Part shown: one piece after another, positions 48,220-62,899 of the stretch
How the letters are laid out: each line of letters begins with the position of its first letter
Position numbering within the stretch: position 1 is the stretch's first letter
From: the human T2T-CHM13v2.0 reference genome, Homo sapiens
Length of the DNA: 64,000 nt
Strand: one strand, 5' to 3'
NCBI RefSeq assembly: GCF_009914755.1
Contig: NC_060939.1
The notes under the pieces: model-generated
The model's database searches: none
What the model saw: only the letters and a program-made list of their open reading frames with translations
What the model was told of the DNA's origin: nothing
Translations under genes and position numbers: made by a program

Positions 48220-49622
48220 CTGGGGGTAGAGGTCGTGATGAGGGCAGAGGCCATGGTGGGTACAGAGGCCAGCACCTGGGTCTGCTTACTGAGCAACAAG
48301 TTCTCCCAGGCTGGGAAGGTATCATGCAAAGGGCAGGTCAGAATTTAAATCATCAGTCTTGGGGAGAAGGTACTTCCCTCTCAGACTGGGCCCTCCCTCA
48401 GGAAGCCTTTGTCAGCCTCTCTACCCCTCCCACCCAGGCCTTTATCCATGTTGTTACCAAAGACTGATTTGGCGCTTCCTCCATCAGACATCTGGGCTAC
48501 CAGCCCCTTGAGAGTGGCCAGTCAGTTCTTAAGAGGTTCGCCCATCCTGAACCTCACACCCTTTGATCTTTCCTGGGGGGCCCTCCAACCCACATTCAAC
48601 TCCCACTCAGCTCCTGGAAGCTAAGCCCTCACAAAAAGATCACAGGTGGCTGCTGTGATCTCTCAGCCAGAATCCAGTAGTCACATGCAGCATTCACAGG
48701 TACATTTTTAATTGTACCTCTGCAGTAGCAGCTCCAGACCTAGCCAGGGCTCCTGAAGCCTCCAAACCTTCACAGCACCCCCAGAACTCCTCATTCTGCA
48801 AGGCTGACTTCTCTCCACTCACATGATCCAGGCCCCCCATGGGAGCTCCTCCGTCTGCTCTCCTGCACACCAGCAGTCTTCTCTTCAGCCTCTTTCCTCC
48901 CTCCACTGCTTCCCCTATTCTTCACCTCCTTTTAGAAACTGACATCCCTCTCCTGTTTCTTCTATCCCCTTCATTCATGACTAATAACATTTTCTTGTTT
49001 TTGTTCCTTCAATCTGTTCATGTTCAAGTGTCCCCGTCTCCAAAAAATCCTTTCCAGAAGTGAGATCCTTCATCGTGCCAATGCCCTGTCTCCCTCCTCA
49101 TTCATGGCTAAAGTCCTCCAAAGAGGACTGCATGTACTTGAGCCGTGGTCTCCCTCAACCCACTGCAGTTGGCCTCTGTCCCTCCTTTAGCAATGACCCT
49201 CTCTCCCTCAGGTTGGCAGTAGCCTTTTATATGCTGACTCTGAAGGTCTTAGGTAACTGTGGTTTGCAGACACCTTCTGCCTTGTTGTCTCTCCTGGTTC
49301 TCCTCCCACCTCTCCCTGTGCTCCTTCTCTTATCCCTCCCCTCCTCTTTCTTCTGCAGAATTCAGGTTTTCCCCCAAGGTTCTGTCCTTGGCCTTCCTAT
49401 TTTCTCCCACCTCCCAGAGTGATCTCATTCATATTCACAGCTTCCATTACCACCTCTATGTTCATGACTCCAGCTTCAAAGTGTTTCCTGGGCATAGACC
49501 CATATTTTCAGTTGCATACTAAATAGCTCCTCCTGAATTTCCCAAATGCATTTCAAAATCAGCTTATCCAAAACTAACCATGATCTTCCCTCCTCCCTTG
49601 CCCAAGCCACTCTTCTTTCTTC

Positions 49623-49960
49623 TAGGCCAGAGGTTTTGCAAATTACAGCCTCCAGACCAAATCCAGCCCACCACCTATATGGCCCACAATGTTTTTAATA
49701 TTTTTTAAGTGTTGGGGGAGCAATCAAAAGATTAATATTTCATGACACATGAAAATTACATGAAATTTAAACTTCAGTATCTATAAATATAAATGGAAAT
49801 TTCTTGGAACACAGCCATACTCGTTCATTTACATACTGTCTGTGGATGTTTCTATGTTTCAACAGCCACAGTCGTGTTGTAACTGCAACAGAGACCACAT
49901 GATTCTCAAAGCCTAAAACATTTATCTTTGGCCCGTTACAGAAAGTTTGCTGACCCCTGG
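49623..49960. mobile_element. MER58B-like hAT element within L2 remnants
   Basis: ttttgcaaattacagcc...gaaagtttgctgacccctg. Confidence 0.75.
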
Positions 49961-50060
49961 TCTAGATGAAGGACACCACCATTCTCCCTACCATCCAAGC
50001 TGGACATTCTGGAGTCAGCTTCTATACTTCCCTCTCTGCCCACTCCCAGGGAGCACTCAC

Positions 50061-50158
50061 CCTGTTCCTTCTTAAACTCATTTTCACTCATGAACACAGG
50101 GGCCATCAGCTCCCCAACAGGTGGCTGAATGGAGACGTAGAACTGTCGGGTCTGGGTG
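50061..50158 (-). CDS. AP3B2: AP3B2 coding exon ([10 protein letters not shown]...NEFKKEQ)
   Basis: 98 nt; tcccag| acceptor, |gtgagt donor. Confidence 0.96.
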
Positions 50159-50403
50159 CTGGGAGGGGTGGGAGGAAACGGAGAAGAATTAAGGCTGTCA
50201 TCTCTCCCCTCACTTCCCACCCTGTGTAGAGGCACAGCTTGGAGGCAGTGAAAGAGTGAGGTCAGGAATGAGGGCCTGAGATGGCTTCCAGACCCACCCA
50301 ATCATGATGTATCCCCACTAAGCACCACCTCCATTTCCAGTTCATTGTTACCCTGTCCCTTTCCAGCCCATCCTCTCACCCCCACCTCGAGTTGGGCACA
50401 TAC

Positions 50404-50488
50404 CACAGCTGGAAGTTGGCTGCCTGGGTTGAGTCACAGAAATTAATGCCCATTACAGCAGTGGCAGATTCTCCAGGTGCCAGGGACT
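50404..50488 (-). CDS. AP3B2: AP3B2 coding exon ([10 protein letters not shown]...AANFQL)
   Basis: 85 nt; cttcag| acceptor, |gtatgt donor. Confidence 0.96.
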
Positions 50489-50929
50489 CTGAAGTGGTAT
50501 AAGGCAGTGAAGGGGAGAGGGAGGGCCACCATCACCTGATAGGTCTAGAACCCAGCCTAGCCCTACTCTCCTCTCCACTGTCACAGCTGACCAGCCCTCT
50601 ACAGAATCTTGGCTTTCTTGGCTGCTGGAGACTGTTCCTGGTTTCCTCCTGAACTCTAAGCACCCTTTCCCCCACTCACCCTCACCACATTTAAGTTAGT
50701 CCTGAAACAACCAAGGCCCAAATCTGCTGCTGCAAGCACCTCCCGCCCTGATGTGAACTTGCTTATTTCATCATCTGTCTTGTCCACCAGAGTGTTGATC
50801 ATGTTAGATGCTATCTCTGTGCCCCTATAGCTTGGCCCCTGGCCTGGCACAAGGAGGGTATCAGCAACCACAGAAAGACTGACTCTGCCCAGGAGCCTCC
50901 TCCTCCACCCCATCCAAAGCCCTTCGCAC

Positions 50930-51158
50930 CAATTTCGGGAAATTCTTGGATGCTGATGCCAGCAGGCAGTTTGGGAGTGCCCACATGCAGGCCCTTGATG
51001 GGGGTATCAGAGCTGTTGGAGAAGTGGATGTGCACGGACACCATGTGGGGATCCCCGGAGAAAGGTTGGCGGCTGAAGGTGTAGTCCACAGCCAGCCCCT
51101 CGCCAGCTACCCGGTGCAGCAGCTCCTGCCGCCCAACACCCGATACTGGACTCAGAAG
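50930..51158 (-). CDS. AP3B2: AP3B2 coding exon, start of ear domain ([10 protein letters not shown]...IQEFPEI)
   Basis: 229 nt; ctctag| acceptor, |gtgcga donor. Confidence 0.96.
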
Positions 51159-51362
51159 CTAGAGTGGAGGGGTAGGGAAGGACAGAACTGAGCAAGATGG
51201 AGAGAGCCTGTCCCAGCATTGTCCCCTAGGGCCATCCAGCAGCTGGGACTCAAAGCTATCACATCCTCCATCACACCCACCCCCCACACACATCCACACC
51301 ATAGGATGCAGCACAGGGATGTGTCCCTGCCCCAGCCCGGTCCCCTCCTCCATCCCACTCAC

Positions 51363-51469
51363 CGACGGTACCAGGGTGGAGTCTGTGAGTGTCAGGCCCT
51401 CCAGGTCAGCAGCCAGACTGGTAGACACAATTGCTGGGGGAGACACAGGCTGGACACTGGGAGGGGTGA
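51363..51469 (-). CDS. AP3B2: AP3B2 coding exon ([10 protein letters not shown]...DSTLVPS)
   Basis: 107 nt; ccacag| acceptor, |gtgagt donor. Confidence 0.96.
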
Positions 51470-51795
51470 CTGTGGGAGTAGATAAGACTATGAGGAGGCA
51501 AAGTGGAGGTGGCTTGGGTTGAGCAGGGAGCCTAGGGATCAAGGAGCACGCATTTCAGCACCATGGACAGCGGGGCACATGGCTGCCTGGAGGCTCTCGC
51601 AAAATACCCATTCCTAGACCTCAACCCCAGACCTGGGGAGGTCAGCCCTGCTGCCCTCTCAGGCCTGAAGATATGTTCTGTCTGCTCCCCTGCTCCCACA
51701 AGACCTGAGGAACCCGATCCAGAGTCCCTATGGGCTGTTCTAATTCATGCTCCCCAGGCCTCCTTTCCCCTGTGACTTTTACCACCCAAACTCAC

Positions 51796-51856
51796 AATCC
51801 TCTAGATCAAGCAGGGAGATCTCCTTGGTTGCAGGAGCACTTTTGCTGCTGGGAGG
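51796..51856 (-). CDS. AP3B2: AP3B2 coding exon carrying the clathrin box ([20 protein letters not shown])
   Basis: 61 nt; tttcag| acceptor, |gtgagt donor; LLDLE fits the clathrin-box consensus known for beta-3 hinges. Confidence 0.96.
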
Positions 51857-52036
51857 CTGAAAGAGAAAAATGGGATGTGGGTGTGGGGAAGGGGAGCACC
51901 TTGGCATGTTCTGGGTTGGGTAGAAGATGTCATGTTCTGTTCTGGATGGTAGGGAGATAGATGTCTGGGCCTGGCCCAGAGGTTGGGGAGGGCCCTGGCC
52001 CATGAGCACACCCTGACTCTGCCCCAAGGCTCTCAC

Positions 52037-52211
52037 TGTTTTCCTGCTCCAGGAGGCAGGTTCTAACTGCTCCTCCTCGGACTCCGATGTCATCTCGGAC
52101 TCTGATGAGCTACTGCTGGAATCGCTGCCCTCATCAGAGGATGACGCTTCTCCTTTTCTCTCTGGCACCTTCTTCTTTGTCTTCCTCTTACCATCCTCCT
52201 CACTCTGTTCA
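52037..52211 (-). CDS. AP3B2: AP3B2 coding exon, hinge ([10 protein letters not shown]...ASWSRKT)
   Basis: 175 nt; cttcag| acceptor, |gtgaga donor. Confidence 0.96.
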
Positions 52212-52602
52212 CTGAAGGAGTGGGAAAGGTTGGCTCAGGCCTGGCCTGGACACTCCCTCCTTGCTTCACAGAAGCAGGAGAAATGCTGAAAAGCTGGAGT
52301 GGTGTGGGGAGCCTGAGCCAGGAGGGTTCACACCTGAGGTCCTATAGCAGGGACCCCGTGAGAGCTTGAAGCCAGCTTGTGCCAGCTCAGGCTCTAGGAC
52401 TCTGGTTGCTTCTCCACACCAGCCCATGAGGCCTCAGAGATCTCCTGCAGCCAGCGAAAGTAGGCGTCATGTGAGCTGACAGCCCCACCCAGCTCACGAG
52501 GGGCTCAGGGGCTCTTAGGAGACTGGCTAAAGCTCAATGCTAGCCCTCTTTCCAGGAAAGCCCCCTGAACCCCACCAGCCATCTGGCTAGCTCCCTTCTC
52601 AC

Positions 52603-52726
52603 CTCTCACTGCCTCTCCCTTTCTCCTCATCCTCATCCTGGTCTTCATTGTCGGACTCACTGCTGGACTCCCCAGAGCCGCTCTCACTGCTGCTCTTACT
52701 GTCCGATTCACTCTCAGACTCAGGGT
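52603..52726 (-). CDS. AP3B2: AP3B2 coding exon, acidic Ser-rich hinge ([10 protein letters not shown]...KGRGSE)
   Basis: 124 nt; ccacag| acceptor, |gtgaga donor; seen in ORF 52599..52931. Confidence 0.96.
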
Positions 52727-53070
52727 CTGTGGAGGAACAATATGAGGCCTCCTCCCTCATATGCAGGCCTCCTTGGGTCTGGAGCAGACACCTGGGTTCC
52801 ACCTTCACATTCAGTACTGAACCCTCAAACCTCTCTGACCTGCCCCCAGCCCTACATGCCAGCTGGAACTGACAGAAACACAGATGGACTCCATGGATAG
52901 AAACCTGCACAAGCACACACACCTGGAACATGAATCCCTCAGGTGCACAAACAATTCACAAGCAGGTGCACACCCCTAGACACACAACCATATACATATA
53001 CCCCTCATATAGTCAGTCACACAGATGCATGGGCAGAGCACAGAGGACCCCAGCTCTGCCATCTGCTCAC

Positions 53071-53179
53071 CACTGTCTGCGGACTCCGTGGGGCCTGACT
53101 CCCCCTCAGAGTCCGAGTAGAAGGGTTTTTCCTTCTCCTTTCTCTTCTCCCGATTTGAGCACTTGGTCCATTCAGGTAC
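53071..53179 (-). CDS. AP3B2: AP3B2 coding exon ([10 protein letters not shown]...PTESADS)
   Basis: 109 nt; ctccag| acceptor, |gtgagc donor. Confidence 0.96.
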
Positions 53180-53482
53180 CTGGAGATGGGGGTAGGGTGC
53201 AGGGTCATTTCATCATGGTTGGGGAGAAGGCAGGCAGGCACAAGCCCTTACCCTTTATTCCACCTCTTTGTGAGGCCCTACCTGGTCTGTCCCACAAAGG
53301 GAATAACAGAGGAGGAAGAAAGGGGCACTGTCCATGGAGGGGAGGGAATGCTGCTCACAGAGGAGCACTGCCAAACCAAGGTGGAAACAGAGTATGGGAA
53401 GGCCCAGGAGCACAACACACAGGGGAAGAAGAGGGACACAGACAGGGCAGGGGAGAGAGCACACGTCACACGAAGGTGGGAC

Positions 53483-53539
53483 CTCAGTGTATTCGCCCAA
53501 CAGGCCCACGTGAGTCTCAATAAGGGAGAGATCTTCTTC
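53483..53539 (-). CDS. AP3B2: AP3B2 alternative cassette exon, 19 aa (EEDLSLIETHVGLLGEYTE)
   Basis: 57 nt, phase 0/0, no stop; cacacag| acceptor with CTAAC branch-like motif, weak |gtccca donor; matches the longer AP3B2 isoform as I recall it. Confidence 0.8.
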
Positions 53540-53611
53540 CTGTGTGTGTGGGGGAGGGTGTTAGGAGGGCTGGGCCGGCACTGCCAGGGCTCCCTACTGT
53601 CTGCCCCCACC

Positions 53612-53612
<1 letters not shown>

Positions 53613-53644
<32 letters not shown>
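53613..53644. repeat. (AC)16 microsatellite, (UG)16 in AP3B2 pre-mRNA
   Basis: Directly visible. Confidence 0.97.
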
Positions 53645-53646
<2 letters not shown>

Positions 53647-53666
53647 CAACCCTCCACCCCGCTGAC

Positions 53667-53785
53667 CTCCACGTTGCGCACAGATGGGTCTGGGGCTTCC
53701 TCCGGCCAGTCTGGGAGCTCCTGGTAGCCTGTGGCCTTGGCATTAAGCAGGTGGGACAGTGAGCCCAGCTGGAAGTGGTCCCGGT
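53667..53785 (-). CDS. AP3B2: AP3B2 coding exon ([10 protein letters not shown]...PDPSVRNVE)
   Basis: 119 nt; ccctag| acceptor, |gtcagc donor; phase 1 to 0, continues the frame. Confidence 0.96.
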
Positions 53786-54956
53786 CTAGGGATAGGTTTA
53801 GAGGTCAGGCAGGTAGCAGCAGTGAGGGAAAGCTCTGGGAGCTGTTTTCCAGGTGGGGCTGGGTGGTGATTCTGGTCGGGACTTCCCAGGTGGGTAGGGG
53901 AAGGAGATGGATGTGTGCCCTAATGGCTCTTCCACCCTGACTGCACCTTTAGGCCCACATGCTGGAAGAAAAGGCTGTCTGGCCAGGCCAGAGCAGGGAC
54001 TGAGGGCCAGGGAAAGGCAGCCTACAGAGGTGGGCAGGAGGAGACTCTGGGCCCACAGATGCTGCCGACCTGTCTGCTCAGCATGCACGTCTAGTCAGGC
54101 TCTGGACTCAGCAGGGAGGGATGAACAGTCAGAGCATGAGTGTGTAGAAGTCTGGATCAGAGTTGAGGCACTGCTGGAGGAGGGCAGCACAGGCCTGTGA
54201 GTGAGGATGGTGTCGGGGAGAAAGGGACTGTTGCCTTCTTCCTGGGAGAATTTCAAAGCTGTGCCCACCCTCAGAATCTCCCCATTCGTGAGGTCCAGGG
54301 AAGAGAAAAAGAACGAAAAGATACCCAGAAGAACTGAGCTTTGTGAAGGAGGCTCTCTTCTGTGTAGGTTCCTGGCTTCCACTCCTGGGGCCCGGAGAAG
54401 CAGCGGGAGGACCCTTCCCTCCCAGGCCCATCTCAAGGCCGTTGTCTTGGGAAAAGAGGCCTTAAGGGCCAAGCCCAGGAACAGAGGCAAGGCTGAAGCC
54501 CTGGGGCCTGGGATTTGGACTGACTGTAGTGACTAAGCTCACAGAATGCAGGCAACTGCTTTCTCAGGACCTTTATAAAAATATACACCTCTCCTTTGTG
54601 TGTTGTTTTGCTTTCTGCCTTCCTGGGTCCTTGGTATTTAAGATCTTGGTATGTATTCCAAAGCCTAGTGTCTGCTCAGGGAGGGAGATGGAAAAGGGAG
54701 CCTGAGAGGAGAGGAGGCACAAGTCCATCCTGGCCAGGAAGGCAGACCCTCAGGTGAGATGATGCTGGCAGTGGTTATGGGAGGGTGAAAGAGTAATTCC
54801 TGGTGCCACAGGAGGGACAAAAGGAGTGAGCCAGGGAGCAGGACTGTCCACAGAAGCCTGGTGCCTGGCTAGGGGCCTCAGGAAGGTCTGGGGCAGAGAC
54901 TCTGGCCAGTTCCTTTCCATTCCCCTAGGAAGGTTACCCTTGATTTCAGCTCCCAC

Positions 54957-55143
54957 CTTTGAAGGATGACTCCAAGACTGGAGCTGGTTTGGGTGCCAGG
55001 AAGAGCTTCTTGGCATGGCGGCTGAGGGCCCCACCCTGCTCGGAAGGGACGATGAGCTGCCGGGTGAAGCGCGCCCGGTCGCGAATATCATAGTTCTGGT
55101 CATATTTGGCCAGACTCAGCACATACTGGGTCAGCAGCTTGGT
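54957..55143 (-). CDS. AP3B2: AP-3 complex subunit beta-2 (beta-3B) coding exon, end of trunk ([10 protein letters not shown]...VLESSFK)
   Basis: 187 nt; ctccag| acceptor and |gtggga donor; translation matches the beta-3 adaptin trunk end ([15 protein letters not shown]). The upstream exon lies outside the window. Confidence 0.97.
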
Positions 55144-57621
55144 CTGGAGGAACAGGAAGAGGTGGGTCAGCTGACGGGGGGATGGGGACACAGGAGGCTC
55201 AGAAACAGATTCTTTAAGCCGACACTTTCAGGCAGAACGTCTCCTCTCCCTGCTTAGGACCGGCGCTTCCACCCAGCTGTCCCTCCCCACCTGCCCTTGT
55301 TCTGGGCTCAGAATTTTCTCTCATCTCTCTGGCCATGCCTCCTGATGATCCCAACTTTGACAACTGCCTTGGGCCAACAAAAGAGGTTTTCCTTTTGGAC
55401 TTTCCCCACTCCTGGCTCTGGACTCCATTCTTCCCTAGATTTGTGGTCCCTACCACTCCAGGCCTGTCCAGCCTCTTTACTCTAGGGCAGCAGGGTATGT
55501 GGAAGTATGGAATGCTCTGCTGGACCTCACAGTTTCCAGGCTCCACCACCCAGGGGGAATTAGACAACAAAAAGACAGGGCAGATAAACAGGGGTCCCTT
55601 TGGCAGGGGCCACCCTCATGCCCTATCCACCCATTTAGTAGATTCTGAGCAGCCCAGGGGTCTCAGAGGTCTTTATCCTTCCCTGGAAGCTTCTAATGAC
55701 ATCAGGGCAAACTGCAGCTGCCCATGCATTTGCCAAGGTCATGTAGGGTTCACAGTCTGCAGTCAGGGAAGCTACAACTGCAGACCTAAAATATCTCCAT
55801 TTCTGCCATGATCTTGGCCTAATCTAACCTGCCTTAACATGGCAACAGCGGTAGCAGCCATCACTTATCAAGTGCCTTCTGGCACCAACTCTGTGCTAGG
55901 TGCTCCACACTAGCTCATCTAATCTCCCCAAGCCTTCTGAGAAGTAGGCATTATTGCCCCCATTTTACAGAAAAGAAGCAGGATCATTAAGGGGCTTTTC
56001 CCAGGCCAAGGAGCCCATCAGTACTGCACCTAGGCCTGCATCTGCTGGAGCTGCACCCCATCTGCTTCCCTTCACTGCCTACCTGCTGACATAAGGAGCC
56101 TGCCCTGGCCCAGGTCTCCATGTTTCCATCACTTGTGACCAAGATCAAAACCACCAAGTGGTCAACAAGCAGAATGCCCAAGGGCATCAGGGGCCGGCAG
56201 GAGGGAGCCTGGAACTGACTCTGTTCTTCCTGAGGTTTATGGTGACATACTGTTACGTGTAGCCTTGGACATGGTTAACCCAGCTAATCTGGCAGGGACA
56301 TCAAGCAGATGTCCATAAGGGGCAAAGCCCCTCAGATGCTGACCCAGAGTCTGAGCAGCTGCTTTGGCAGAATTGCCCCACACCACTCTAGAGAGCCACT
56401 ATGATTCCACATTCCTACCTCCAATCTGGCCCACAGGCCCTCTTCAGCTCAGTCCCTTCCAGCAAAGCAGCACCTGCGATACTGTTATAGTCACAGATAA
56501 GCAATCCCAATCCCATACACCGCTAATAGAATAGACTTAAAAATATGAAAATAAGATGCCATCACAACAGATTTCATCACCAACCTGCCCCTCTCTTGGC
56601 CAGACACCATCTAAATGGCCAGGGCTAGTGGATGCCCTTACCAACATAGTCAATTATCAAGAGGCTGCTGATCCCTCTTTTGGTTTGGACAATGTCTTCC
56701 TCCACAGATTTCCCAGCTGGCTGATCACAGACTCCCTCCTTCAAGTCCTTGCCTAGTTCTAGAAAGAACTGTTTGGTATTTGGATCCATCTGTCCACAGC
56801 CTTAACTGCATGTTAACAACCAACACAGGAAGGGGCTGGCCCACCACCTCAACACTGCAGGATTTGCCTATAATAATTCATTACCCTTCTCCACCCCAAG
56901 GGGCCATTCCCTGTGGATTGTGGCATCCTGTGTGCACCACCAAGACCCCCACCTCATCTAGCCAGGATGTGCAGGAATTACAGGCTGTTCAAGAAGGCCT
57001 CTGAGATACACTCCAGTGTGCCAAGAACAGAACAAGGCTCCCCCTCACCAACAGGCTCCAGTTGTCAGAGAGGAATTTTAAGCAGGAAACACTGACTTCC
57101 TTTCCATAACCTATGCCAACATACATGCTACCTTGCAGATGCCTGCTAATCATGCTTAGAAAACTGGCTGTTAAAAAAAATTGAAATATATCCTCAATTC
57201 ACACATTACACATGAGTAAGTTTAAGCTCTAGATGGATGTGGCAGACAGATTCTAAGGTCTTCCCCACCAGTAGCTGCCTCCTGGTGTTCATGCCTTTGT
57301 GCAATCCCTCACCTTGGGTATGGGCAAAACCTGAGACTTGCTTCTAACCAACAGGATATGGCAAAGGTGGTATATGACTATATATGATCCTATGATTATG
57401 TTTTATTAAGAAGACTCTGTATTGGAAGTTCTATCTAGAGCAATCAGACAGGAGAAAGAAATAAAGGGTATCCAAATTGGAAAAGAATTCAAATTATCCT
57501 TGTTTGCAGATGATATGATCTTATATTTAAAAAATCTTAAGGATTCCACCAAAAAACTATTAGAACTAATAAATTCAGTAAAGTCGCAGGATACAAAATC
57601 CACATAAAAATCAGTAGCATT

Positions 57622-58623
<1,002 letters not shown>

Positions 58624-59213
58624 TGAATTCATTTTTGACAAAGGTATCAAGAACATACATTAGGGAAAGGAGAGTCTCTTCAATAAATGGCGCTGGGAAA
58701 ACGGGATATCCACATGCAGAACAATAAAACCAGACCCCTATCTCTCACCATATGCAAAAATCAAATCATAGTGGATTAAAAACTTAAATCTAACACTTCA
58801 AACTATGAAACTACTAAAAGAAAACATTAGAGAAATTCTCCAGGACATTGTACTGGGCAAAGATTTCTTGAGTGATACCCCACAAGCACGGGCAACCAAA
58901 GCAAAAGTAGACAAATGGGATCACATCAAGTTACAAAGGTTCTGCACAGCAAAGGAATCAGCAAAGAGACAAGCCACAGAATAGGAGGAAAAAATTTGCA
59001 AACTACCCATCTGACAAGGGATTAATAACCAGAATACGTAAGGAGATCAAATAACTCAATAGGAAAAAAAAATTCAATAATCCAATTTAAAAATGGGCAA
59101 AAGAGCTGAATAGACATTTCTCAAAAGAAGACATACAGATAGCAAACACGTATATGAAAAGGTGATCAACATCATTGAGCATCAGAGAAATGCAAATCAA
59201 AACTACAATGAAA

Positions 59214-60370
<1,157 letters not shown>

Positions 60371-61429
60371 CTACGTTTATTGCAGCACTGTTCACCATAG
60401 CCAAGATTTGAAAGCAACTTAAGTGTCTATCAACAGACAAATAGATAAAGAAAATACGGTACATATGCACAATGCAGTACTATAAAAAAAGAATAAAAAA
60501 GAATGAGATCCTGTCATTTGCAACAACATGGATAGAACTAGAGGTCATTATTTTAAGTGAAATAAGCCAAGCACAGAAAAACAAACTTCACATGTTCTCA
60601 CTTATTTGTGAGGGCTAAAAATTAAAAGAATTGAGCTCATGGAGTTGGAGAGTAGAATAATGGTTACCAGAGGCTGAGAAGGGTAGTGGGTGGGGGAAGT
60701 GGGGATAGTTAATGGGTACAAAATTATAGTTAGATAGAATGTGTAAGATCTAGTATTTGACAGCACAACAGGGTGACTACAGTCAACAATAATTTATTAT
60801 ACATTTATAAATAACTAAGAGAGTGTAATTTGATTGTTTGTAACACAAAAGATAAATGCTTGAGAGGATGGATACCCCATTCCCTGATGTGATTGTTATG
60901 CATTATATGCCTGTATCAAAATATCTCACATACCCCATAAATATATACACCTACTATGTACCCATAAAAATTAAAAAATAAAAAGAAGACGGTCTTGCTA
61001 GCAGACTGGCTCTAGAGACTTTCTCCCTTGTGGCTTTGGAGAAATTAAGCATCCGTGTTGGGAGGCCCCTATGGCAATGAGCTAAGGACGGCCTCTAGAA
61101 GGCAAGGGCAGCCCCCAGCTGACAGCCAGCAAGAAGCCAGGGCCACAATCCTACAACTGCAAGGAAGTGGATCGTGGCACCATGTGACTTGGAAGTGGAC
61201 CTTTCCCCAGTACAGCCTCCAGATAAAAACTCAGCCTTGGCTGACACCTCAGTTGTAGCCTTGCATAAGATCCAACTAAGCCATACCTGAATTCTCGACC
61301 CATAGACACTGAGAAAATAAACGTGTGTTGTTTGAAGCCACCAAATTTATAGTAATTTATTATGTAGCAGAAAACTAATACAATTGATTTAAAAATGTGA
61401 AAGTAGAAAAAAATTTGGAGGAAATTCTT

Positions 61430-61729
<300 letters not shown>

Positions 61730-62899
61730 TGGAGAAAATTCTAAGTGAAAAGTTTAATTGAAATGTGAATGGGGAAAAAAAAGTATTAAATATGAAAGCA
61801 TTGAAAAGAAGCAGAAAAGTTTAAAATATTGGACAATAGACAAATGTACAACTTCTGAATGACTATATATAGGAATAAAAAATAAGGAAATATATAATTA
61901 ATGGTGGTCTTCTAAATGGTGGACTTATTAATAGTTTAAACTTATAATTTTCTGAGTTTTCCAAATGTTCTATGATAAGCATGTATTACCTTTAGCATAT
62001 TAAAAAAAGTTTACGTTTTTAAAAGCAATTCTGCAAAATTTGTCAGAATCTTCTATTCACTGTAAAGGCGGTCACATGGGAGGGTTGTAGATCCCACTGT
62101 GCCCCTGGCAGACCCTCCTGCCACACATCTCACCTGACACATAAAAGCAAACTAACCTGCTAGGCAGTTTCCCCAGGGTCTATATCCAGGTGGATGTAAT
62201 AGCCACTTTGATTACCAACCCCCCCATCCCCCGCCGCCTGCATGTTATGCCTTTGTGGCCTCTGGTCTAGTATCTGATTATCTGCTGATCAATAGCAGGG
62301 CAGAGGCCTCATCTTGGTCATTTCCTTGGCCTCATCCTGGGCCAGGATCTGGCATGCCGTGGGCCCATGTCCAAATTGGAGAGAATGACTGAGATTACTG
62401 TGGCCTTTTAGCTGGGCAGATTGCCACTCATGGTCCCAGGATGGGAAGCATCACTACTGTTTTGCAAGCATGGTCATGTGCGCATCCAAACCACCTCCCT
62501 CCTAGTACCCCAAGGACTCCCCCTTCTTTACCACTCCCAGAAGAGGCTGGGAAGAAAGGAGAAAGAAAGGGAGGACAAAAATCTTTATTGAATCAAATAA
62601 CCATTCTAAGGGGCCTGCAAAAACTCACTTGCAGGTGAAGGGCGCCCTGGAGGTGAGTGTCCATTTGCCTGAACAGCCTACTCTGGGTTCCCTGACAGGG
62701 GTCATTCCTAGGGGAGGGTTCAGCTGTATATACCCACAGCTCGCTGTGCCAACCCTGATGACAGCTGTTACTGCTGTGTTTAAAATGTTTATTTTTGTCC
62801 TGTTTCTCCTACTTGGCTGTGAGTATCTGGAGACCTGTAAATGTGTCTCACTCATTGTCATATCCTCAGGACGCAGCACAGTACCAGGCAAATAGTAGG

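Noticed and set aside
47745-55811. Plus-strand ORFs overlapping AP3B2 exons (e.g. 52930..53523, 197 aa)
   Set aside because: Antisense shadow ORFs in GC-rich sequence with no recognisable domain or splice logic.
57422-57607. ORF with reverse transcriptase motif FADDM
   Set aside because: Fragment of a truncated, Alu-interrupted L1MA; not an active or domesticated RT.
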